NCBI GenBank assembly: GCA_037447605.1
Contig: CM074811.1
Span: forward strand, 1,984,001-2,048,000
Length of the DNA stretch: 64,000 bases
From: Zygnema circumcarinatum SAG 698-1b
Taxonomy: Eukaryota; Plantae; Zygnematophyceae
Reading direction: 5' to 3'
In this document: positions 50,754 through 64,000 of the stretch, one piece after another
How positions within the stretch are numbered: position 1 is the first letter of the stretch
Layout: the number at the start of each line of letters is the position of its first letter
Position numbers and translations under genes: made by a program
Notes under the pieces: model-generated
What the model saw: the letters and a program-made list of their open reading frames with translations, nothing else
Database searches by the model: none
What the model was told of the DNA's origin: nothing

Positions 50754-51128
50754 AGCACAGTAACGCGCCCACTTGCGTCGCATGTGATATCGATCCAGTT
50801 GCTGCAGAGGCGGTTACTCGACTTCCAGGAGGAGAGCTGTGAAGGGTTGTTGAATGCCGCTTTGACAGCGAGAAGTGCGTCCCCTGCGCCCAAGCGCAAG
50901 CAGGTGCAGGATTAGATTGAGGCCGCGGTCCGCTTCAAAAAGCACAAAGAGAGGCCATGCCACGGGCAGGCCGCCTCTCCCCTGCTTCCATAGAGGGCGG
51001 GCGGGCGGGCCGCGGCGGCTCACTGTCTCGCGGGTCGATGGCCTGAGCGGCGGCTTCGCGCGGGGCGGCGGCGGCGGCAAAGAGGAGGAGCGCCGCCGCG
51101 AGAGAGAGAGAGACCGCGCGCGCGCCAT
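50754..51128 (-). CDS. Signal peptide exon and first LRRNT exon of the modular gene
   Basis: 51024-51128 AVSLSLAAALLLFAAAAAPREAAAQAIDPRD; 50754-50883 RDALLAVKAAFNNPSQLSSWKSSNRLCSNWIDITCDASGRVTVL, ending in phase 2. Confidence 0.85.
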
Positions 51129-53024
51129 CGCGGCCAAGCGCCCGCCGGAGACACCAGGGGACGGGACGCGGGGGCGGCCAGAGGCGAGGAGAGGGCGCGG
51201 AGGGGAGGGAAGGGGCCTGCTCTATGGGAAGGCGCACTGCGCCATGGCTTGGGACAGGGACACGCAGGGGCGCGTTGACTTGGGACGGTTGGGATGTGAC
51301 CGAAATTCCCCCAAGGAATGGTTTATCGAATTTAGTACTGTACAAACGGTACCTTTCATGACTTCATATCGATGCGACGTCTGAAGTACTAGTTTCTAAA
51401 TATATCTCGATGCGCAGAACTAATCGTTTCGCGCATGGCAAATAGATTTGGCGGTTTGCGGTGATTCGACGTTGATTTTATGCGAGACCGTCCGAAACCG
51501 CCATACTTCGTACGGATAGCGGTCTCGATCCACCGACATTATTACATACGGCACCGACATCGCAAGAGGAGGACGCGAGCCAAAAAAAAAATCTACGCGC
51601 TGTGGACCAATCGGCGTCGGTCAATGAAATTAGAGCCAGCTCGCTCCCTGTACGGACGGGAGGGCAGGGGGCCTTCTCCAGGGCTTGCAGGGCGCCGGGG
51701 ACCCACAGGCCACAGCGCGCATCAGGACAAGGCCTCCCGTACTGTCGGCCAGCTGGCGGACGGAGGACGGTCCAATGGGCCAATGGGCGTCCTATAACGT
51801 CACAGGTCACGCGAGGTCACTGATTGGCTGCGGTGAGGCTTGCGGTTTTGTACATCCAGAGGGCCAATACTGAATGGACGGCAAAAAGACAAAATAGTTT
51901 CCGGGCACTAAATACCGAATTCATAAACCGGTATGATAGAAATTTCCTGGAAATGAAGACTCGCCGCGTCACCATCAGGAACAACCCAGGTTACTTCCGC
52001 CCTCAAAGAGTAAACATGTGATATCCGACGTGGCCCGATGTCCACCGCGCGATGGACCCGACCCCAATTCTCGGCCGTGCGATGCGCGATCTGCCGCGAG
52101 AAATTTGCGGCGCTTCCAGGACGACCTAAGGATTTAACCGCGCCAGCCATTTTTTGTGACGTCATATTTTCCAGGATCGTCCGTCATCAACTAATCCCGT
52201 AGCGACTTTTTTCGTCATTTTTGTGCACGCCGTCGGGCAGCAGAATTTGACCTGACCTCTGGTTCTCCAACCATTCATACTGAATGGTGTTACGTTAAGG
52301 GCACATCGGGCGGCATAATTTGTCACTTCACCCACATAACAGGTCGCAGTGTCGACTTGGCCACAGGGCAACAGAGTGAATCGGCTGTTACATCAGGACA
52401 AAGCCGATGTTCGATGTCCTGCTCTCTGTCGCTCAGTTACAGCCACAGTTACAGTTAGCGAATTGTCCTGTTCGTTTTCCAGCGGTTTTCGTGTTCACAC
52501 GTTCCGTATTTCCCGAACGGTACGGACATTGCCTCGTCTGCGAAGGGGTTGGCGCCAAGCCGCTTTGAGCCTCGCAGGCGACCGAACGGCCTTCCTTCGT
52601 CTGCGAAGGCGGCGCGATCCGGCCGGCTGCGTCTGCGAGCTTGCAACAGGTGAAATTTGACCTCATGAAATAGAGGCACGACGGTAATTATTTTTCACCT
52701 TTGTGCCTCGCAAAAGTGTAGAAGAAGCCTTCAAGATAGGACGTACGAACTCTAACTGACTGGGCACTACCTCCAATCCCCTCCACAGTGACAAAAACTT
52801 GCCTCTATCCACTACCACCAGGCGCTTAGACACCCAGCCTCAAGAACGAGGGAGCCTCCAAGTCCGCCCAACCTTGCAATTGAACTCTTATGGCCCACGT
52901 CTGACCTCCAAAGACGATAGCACGCCATCGTGCAGCCGAAGCGACCTCAAGCTAACAAGACCTTGAACAAGGCTAAAGCATGACGGTTGGAAGCAGGCCC
53001 ACATTAGTGGCTGAAGGCATTCCC

Positions 53025-56748
<3,724 letters not shown>

Positions 56749-56918
56749 TGCTGAGACTCCACTACACGCCCGCCCGTTGCTTGAAGCGCCTGCTTTCGTT
56801 TTCTCGCCAAGAAGCGGGAAGCGTCTCGGTGCCCTTCAATAGGCGGGAGAGCAAATAAAGGAGCCTTCTACAGCGATTGTCGCTCTGCTTTCTCTGCATT
56901 AAAGCTCTGAAAAGCCTC

Positions 56919-59900
56919 ATGGCTGTCGCCTTAGGGTTTGCAGAACAATTGTCATGGCTGCCAATCACCAAGAGCGGCCCTTCTGGAGAGTCCAGGAAGC
57001 TGCCCGGCTCTGCGGATTACCAGCTGGCAGGAGGGAGACAGCAGGTAGTGAGCCATCCTGCTTCGGTCGCATGTGGGAGCGAGGAGGCCTTCCTTGTTTT
57101 CTTTCTGCCTTGCTTCAGCAGTGGGATTGACTCATATTTTTCAGCATAATGCAGCTTTTGGAAAAAAGATTGGTTTACTATAAAGTGCTACCAGCTTTTT
57201 TGCCAGAATTTCTTTCTCGAACAGCGACAATGCCCAAAATGGTTAACATTCTTCACGTCGCCAGCATTGCCGTTATCTCCAATTGTCTAGCAATCAGCAT
57301 ATTTATATCTCATACTCCTATCTTTCTATACAAGTAACTGCCGAACTGGCTAGAAAGCACCATATCAATGTGACCCTCCTAACTTGCATGTCCAGTGGTC
57401 ATGAGTGCTGCCTTTGTAAGGAACATTCACATTATGATTATTATTAAGATCATGTTTCAAATCAATAGCAAGTATGCTTTTGGCTTATCTTATCTTATCT
57501 ACTGATGGAACTATTAACTCGTAATCGACAAATCGGCTGGTGCAACATAAATTGGTTTCCTCTTGATAATTAACTCTTTACATTCGAACCGCCGGGAACA
57601 CGATGGGAAAATATTTTACATTTAAAGCTCAGCACGTCAGTGACTTCCACAATGTTAGAGCTGTATGACGATTGCTGCTTTGAGAGCTCAAGCTGAGCCA
57701 TTAAAAATCATGTTCTAGTTTATTTTTCCATGTACAGTATCGCTTTATGTCTATGCTAATTCTTCTATTGAACAGGTTTTCACCACTTCATTTTTCTTCT
57801 GATAATTTATCTTATGGCCATCTTCGTATAACTTAACTAACTATTATCTGTATGTTGTCTGTCTAAAATAGGAACATACCGAGCTTAGGGACTCAGCCGA
57901 GCAAGCTTTTTTGTGTGTGTTTGCTTTTTCTGATGCAGATGAAGGTAACAGGAGTAGTGAAATGCTGTGCGCTGCGGCACCACTGCGAGAAGTCCAGCAA
58001 TTCTCCACTCAGCTTAGCGGATCTAAATTTTTGGCGGTTTTCTCAAGGGAGATCTGCCATTAAACATTCTGTTGCGGCTCATGCGACTTTAGGGGCCAGT
58101 GCAGATTCGGAAGAATCCGGGCAGCAGGAGACGAACGCAGACCGCCCAAAGGTCGCATTATTGTTGGAAGTGGAAGGGTAATACCTCCAGATTTATCTTT
58201 GCATTGTGAAACTCTTCTCTGTTTCTTTTTTCTGATTTCGTTCAAAAAACTTGGATCTTGTGATATTGATATCTTTTTCTGTGTGTGTTTGCTCCTCTCC
58301 TTGGGTTAGACGATGTAATCCCACTCAGCACGTTAGGTCTCCTGCCTTTGGAAAACACGTCCCTTGCTTGTAGATCCATTATGGAAGAGCAATGCTGGAC
58401 ATAAGCAGTGGTGTTGTTGACCTGTGCAGAGTTCTGGCAGATGTGCACAAGTTCGGCCATCGGATGGCTTTCAATAAGGGTGACGTGGCTAACCATGCCC
58501 ATTGAGAAGTTTCCTTTTTTGGGGGTATTTTCGAGTTATGTAATATATAGTCTTCTGTTCCGTGAGTATGTCTGATTGAAATAATGAGGGGTTGGGTGTG
58601 CAGCTTTTCAGGAGCTCAAACTGGAGGCTTCCAGCTGGACTCCTTCTATATATGCTGAGCTGCTAAGGTGAGAAGGGAAACCAATTGAGCATTCCAAAGT
58701 TTCCTTGGTCCCCTGAAGGACAACAATGCAAACTTCAATTTTGGGTAGTGATATTGATCACAACCTGGTTCATCGAAAATTGAAACTAAGTCGGTTGCAT
58801 TCCAGGAGTTGCGCAGTCCAATCATCTTTGCTGAGAAGAGGTTCAGAAGCCACCATTTTGTGAGAAAGTCGCTTAATGTGAGAACGGAATCCTGGAATGT
58901 ATTTGAAACTCGTAAGCAGTACATGTGCAGGCAGGCTGGAGGAAATGAGGAAGAGATGCTGGCTAACTTTTTCAACAAGGTGGGCATGCAAAAAGGAGAA
59001 GCCCACGTTTAAGCCTTTCTAGGAGAGGGTTGCAGTAAACAATGCATTCAAGATTTTCCTCTTGCGGAATAAGTACAAAACGGATACAAAAGGGAGAGTG
59101 AAGCAGTTTCCAATTCTATATTGTGCAAATGTTGACTAGCTGCTCATTTGTCGGCTAGCATGCATGTATGCGTGCATGCAGGCAGGCTGGCCATCTACAG
59201 TGGCCCTGCCGGAAAGGAGCAGCTTTTTGGAGCAAGTGTTGAAACTTAAGGTCAGCTTTACTCATGCCATCCACTTTATCATCTCTTTTCAGGTTAGCTC
59301 GATCTCGATTCTACAGCTCGAGCATCGCAACAAGGAACAATACTAAGTTCCAGATTAGAAAAGGATAGATTTGGAGGCCTCTCCATACAGTTTGGTAGGA
59401 AGAAAGCCTTACCGTTCTGAATAGACTGGTTAACCTCTTATTATAGATCTCCTCATGAAAACTTGAATACAAAGTATCATCGTATCGACATCCGGGTTGA
59501 GGATATCGATGGAAACTGACATGCATTCTGGGGCTATTGAGGTGTAACGCTTACCTTCATTTCCCTTTGCTTCTTTGAAATCTTGTTGAAGACGAACCTG
59601 CACCATCCAACAGACTCCCTTCTGCTGTCCTGCTTACATGTGTTCCGCTTCGTTCAAACTTCGTGATCAATATCTGCGATTCGATAGCTTACACCTTATG
59701 AGCACAGCTTCTTGCTGTGCGAGAGCTTTCAATTTCCTTAATTCAGCAGGCTGCCCTGTGATTCGCATACTTTCCACATTTCCCATTTTTCCCATATGTT
59801 CTTGGGTTGTGTGCCTCACTGCAGCGCAGAATTTTGGAGCAGTCGGTCGCTGAAGGGAGCGTTCCGCTTCGGCCCGGACTGGAGGAGTGAGTGGGCCAAT

Positions 59901-61846
59901 AGCAGCAAAGCCTTTCAATAGTTTGAGCAGCCACAAATTTCACCCAGACCTTCTCAGCCTGCTGCTGCCGTTTGGGCTCCATATCAGTCAAGGATTGTAT
60001 TCAGGCGAATTAGACTTGGGAATGGAGAATCAGCCTGCTACTAGGTGATATATGTATGGAAGAAAAATACGGCTGTGGGTGAGGTCAGGCGATGCTGCTT
60101 TGGATGTCCAGCCTTTCCCAATCTGCCTTCCGCTGTAACTGTCAATGGCCCCATTTGATTGGTTGTGAAGACACATGGCTTGTGCAATTCATTATGAGCA
60201 AAGTCGAATGATGGAAGTTATGAACGTGGCGTGACTTTGTTGAGTGTCAAGGGCAGTATTAAGCAGGACTGAAGCTTATAAATTCCGCATTGTGGATCAG
60301 TCTGAATGCGCATTTATTCTGGTAGGATCTCAAGCGAAGGCTGACAATCTATGTAGCTTCCGCTGCATGAATACATTCTGATGAGAGTATGAAAGATAGT
60401 GATGCAGGTTCATAGATGAGGCCATTGCGGCAGGCGTGCCTGTAGCGATAATAACAGCATACACCAAATGTGGAGAGACAGTGGCATGGTAACTCACTCT
60501 TCAAATCTCTACTCTTGATCTCCAGTCATATGCTCCTTTAAGGCATGGAATCTTTTTGTTGACCATACAGGTAGAAAATGCTAAAGCATTGATGTGTGGC
60601 ATGCAGGGATCTTGTGCAACGCTTAGGAGTTGAGCGCGCATCAGCAATAACAAGGGTGGGAGAGGCAGAGGTAGAGGCTAGTGCCTATGGGCAAGTGGTC
60701 CTAGGAAAGGGAGCATCTTCAGGGCTTGAGGAAGTGCTGGCCAATCAGATTGCTGAAGCAGGTACAGTCTCACCCTCGAAGATAGAGCCCACGTTCTACT
60801 TCTCATTATGATAACGTTAACATTGTGTAGCCCGCCTTGCTAAAATTGCCACATCATGCAGCACAACAGGTGTGGTGGTTAAGTGGTCCGGAACAAGGAA
60901 AGGCAAGGCTTGGAAATCTTTAGGACTGGAACATTCTGTAGTTATATGGTAGCTTTTCTTCGTATTATAAGTGCCAACAAGGTTGAGTTTTGACTCGTCC
61001 TGATCGCCTGCCCCTCACCATAGTTTCCGGTTGGCCTATTGCTGCATGACAGTGGCAGCTGAGAAGCAGCGGTTGGCGGAGGAGGTCGCCCGGCAGCTGA
61101 AAGTGACTGTGGAGCTGGACACTGGCTCCGGCCGCATGTATGTGCCGTTACCCGCCCCAACTGCCTGGGCTGCATTCCAAAGCATGTATCATGCGGAGCT
61201 CATGATATGCCTCGGGATTAGACCACCTCAAGCTGGCGGAGCTTCAATCACTACAACTTTGCCTGTTCTGTGTTCACCTCATTCTGTTGCTAAGGCATGG
61301 CTCGTCAAAACTCAGTCTTGTTTTACTCTCTCTCCCTCCCTCCCTCCCTGCCCTCCCTCCCTCCCTCCCTCCCTCCCTCCCTCCCTCCCCTCCTTCTCTC
61401 CCTCCCTCCCTCCCTCCCTACCCTCCCTCCCTCCCTCCCTCAGGTCCCGGCGAGGAGTGGCCGCGTTGCGAGCAGCGGCGGAGGCAGTCGGAGTGGAGGC
61501 CTCGCGGTGCGTGGTCCTGGCGGGGTCGCACTCGGGCCTGCAGGCGGCATGCGCGGCCGCCATGCCCTGCGTGGTGGTGCGCAGCAGGTGGGGGCACGGC
61601 ACTACCCTGCACTGCACTGCACTGCACTACTGCACTGCACTGCATCGCGTTGCTGCTGTCTGCGCTTCTCAGGAATGATCAGACTTGCACATGTTCTTTG
61701 TGGTGAACAGCATCACGTCACGGGCTGAATTCCCGCAAGCAAGGGCAGCCATGGAGGGCTTTGGTCCTGGTGCTCTCACGGTGGCGCGGCTCCTACGTCT
61801 CCTGCAGCAGCAGCAGCAGCAGGGTCCTTCGCCTGAGAAGAGTTGA
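56919..61846 (+). CDS. CbbY-like HAD-superfamily protein (degenerate motif I), multi-exon, transit-peptide-like leader
   Basis: ALLLEVEG/VLADVHKFGHRMAFNK/AFQELKL..WTPSIYAELL, GWP, PLRPGLEEFIDEA, EVEASAYGQVVLGKG, AAEKQRLAEEVA, AALRAAAEAVG...CVVLAGSHSG...MPCVVVRSSITSRAEFP..MEGFG; TGA 61844-61846. Confidence 0.85.
61328..61442. repeat. (CCCT)n intronic microsatellite serving as polypyrimidine tract
   Basis: ~110 bp of ccct units ending at the cag acceptor at 61443. Confidence 0.9.
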
Positions 61847-62781
61847 CCTGCAGGACTACTGGGCGTTGTAATATGGTGGTGTTCCGTCCTGCTTATTGCT
61901 CCAACGCAAGAGAAGAAAAAAAGCGCTTTGGCTCTTGGTAGGTCCGCTCTTAACAGCGAGAGGAGCGAGCAGTTGGGAGCAATGGATGAGTCAACCAGGA
62001 CCATGTGAAGGCGTGCCTGCGTGTGCCATAAGACGGGATTAGGTCTTACGAGCAGCCAACGCGCTGGAGCAGCCCCTGTCCCCACATGGGTTTGTTTATT
62101 GACTTTGTACATGTTGTGAGGCAGCCATTGGCGAATCGTTGGCTTTGTGCGACTCCCAATAATTCGACTTTTAGGGTTGTCGTTTGATGCAGAATGATGG
62201 GCGCCCCCGTTTTGAATTCGCTATTATAATTTGTTGTAACCAACTTTTCTCGTTATAATTCGGTTTGCTCGTGCAAGGTGATGATGCCAAGGAAACGAAA
62301 ACAAAACAAAACATAAAAAAACCTTTACAAAAACGCAGAAAGCACGAAGCACGAAGCACTGGGTTTGGGGTTTAAGGTTTAGGGTTTAGAGATTGCCGGC
62401 ATGATGCGCCGATGGTTCTCTGTCTTGAAAAGAGAAAATGACATTGAGCTCACGATGGCGAGGCCTTCAAATGTACGTGGACAAAAGCAGCATTTGGAAC
62501 CACGACGGACATGTCGCCAAGGACACTGAATTGAAACAGTCGATAAGCATTGCAATACGATACGGTAACAATACGATACGATACAATACGATGATTTGCT
62601 TTCCCATGCGATGCAATGAAATAGATACGATACGATACTGTACGATACAATATTTTCGTTGTATTTGTCGATACGGTATCACGTAGAGGGCGCGCCACTG
62701 CGCTCCCCTTTAAACTTCCTGTGGCTGTCTTGGGGGGGGGCGGCAAGGGCTCGTGGTTTGAATGGGAGAGGGGGGCCGGCC

Positions 62782-63733
62782 ATGGAGGGCGATCGGGGGG
62801 TGCGTGTGAGGAAGCTTTTGGAAGAGGAGGTCGCTGAATGGCTGGACGATGAGGCCATTTCGGGGATGTTTCAGGCTCCAAATGAGCATGCAGACGATAC
62901 AAACTCCATAAAGTTCAATTTCTGGTCGTCGTTGATTCTTCGCATTGCTGGACACTTGGAAACCATAACCATCACCGCAGAAGAGGTGGCTCTTTCCTCG
63001 AGCGTTTTTAGGGTTCTCATTGCCTCATTTTTTTGGCTGCTACAAAGTCAGTCAGAGAACAGAAGCCACTTCCTGAAAGGCGGAGTTCAGTTGTGTTCAA
63101 GGACTTTTTTGCTATCTAGATAGTTAGAAAATTAGCTCATAAATTTCAACTCCATTGTTCCAAATGAAGTAATTAGGCCGTATTACGAACTTATTTTCAA
63201 GACCACCACTTAAACTGGTTTGTGAAATGCAGGTGCAATTTGAATGGTTTATGAGGAGAGGATTGTTGCCTATGGGTATGGATATCGTTCTGGTGAGGAT
63301 TCTTGCAACATTCCGTCCAGAGTGCTAATATAGTGAAGACTTGCTCTAAAACAAGTTGAGGCTTAACTGCCCGGAAGAGGGTTGGCTCGAGACCAGCTCT
63401 TCTAATTGATTGTCTTGATACAGAATTTGCTTGACCGTGTTCTATGATAAAGAGGTCTTAATTCTGCATTTTGCATTCTTGTTTAAATTGCCGGTGCCGA
63501 AAACAAGATTGCGCGGGTCAAACTGCCTTGTGTTGTGATTTGGAGGTTGTGTTGTTCAGGCGGACATGTTGGAGAAAGGCCGTTTGCAAAAGCTGCAGCA
63601 AATGCTGCCACCGCAGCGGACATGGCTCGCCTGGTTTCGGTCAAGTGCTGGTGCAGCTACATCCTGGACAGTGCGTGGATTTGATAGCAGTGATACGCCT
63701 TCTCAAACGTTTGTCGTAATGCCGGTTTTGAAG
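62782..63733 (+). CDS. CHMP7: CHMP7-like (ESCRT-II/III hybrid) protein, first three exons; continues beyond window
   Basis: LEEEVAEWLDDE...KFNFWSSLILRIAGHL/VQFEWFMRRGLLPMGMDIVL/ADMLEKG resembles the plant CHMP7 N-terminal winged-helix region. Confidence 0.75.
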
Positions 63734-64000
63734 GTAAGTGCCCTTTTTTAGGCTATCAAACTTAATTACTCTTCTATCATCAAATGCTCTGTTTTGAAAG
63801 TATGTAGTTAGCATGCCATCTCACAGCATAAAATCGTAGTCCCCATTTCAGGCCTTCAGTTCGAAGACCTGTTAGATTAGACTATTATCAAAGATGAATT
63901 TTGAAAGATTTAAATGCAGCACGGTATGTAAGTTTTCCTATTACAAACCTGGCAATGCAGAGCTAAATAGGCGAAAGCTAGTAGGATGATGAACCCCTGA

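Larger units (their letters stand above)
35263..51128 (-). pseudogene. Giant secreted modular gene: SP-LRRNT-LRRx~19-EGF-Ser/Pro HRGP-LRRNT-LRRx~9-EGF-papain(C1A)-EGF-EGF-LysM; disrupted as assembled (pseudogene, null allele or partly assembly error)
   Basis: Phase-compatible exon chain from 51128 to ~35545. Lesions: 2-nt surplus in exon 1, TAA at 50091-50093, 71-nt exon 48083-48153, 67-nt exon 46981-47047, TAA at 38541-38543. The 3' end lies across an N gap; putative stop at 35263. Confidence 0.8.

Noticed and set aside
51400-52700. Short overlapping ORFs upstream of the modular gene
   Set aside because: No recognisable motifs or coherent splice chain; treated as intergenic

Overview
Intron-rich eukaryotic nuclear DNA from a green plant lineage, most likely a streptophyte alga. 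The evidence is plant-type TTTAGGG remnants, 72-nt plant-type LRR exons and plant-like orthologues. I assembled exons by hand from GT/GC-AG sites and reading phase. Ordinary genes: tRNase Z long form (5' part), TRAX, farnesyl diphosphate synthase, SPT2, XK-1-type FGGY (D-ribulose) kinase, a CbbY-like HAD protein and CHMP7 (5' part). Three loci stand out. (1) A ~16 kb minus-strand locus (35263-51128) encodes a giant secreted modular protein: signal peptide, LRRNT, ~19 LRRs, EGF, Ser/Pro HRGP stalk, second LRRNT, ~9 LRRs, EGF, papain protease with intact catalytic residues, two EGFs and LysM domains. Its LRRs sit in one-repeat-per-exon cassettes, 15 of them in a near-identical ~200-bp tandem array, and this copy carries several frame lesions. 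(2) An 11-exon gene encodes two NAP1 histone-chaperone domains in one chain, ending in an NLS-like basic patch and a hydrophobic tail anchor. (3) An intron-containing stand-alone FAAL-ACP didomain gene. An N gap at 35338-35450 hides part of locus 1.
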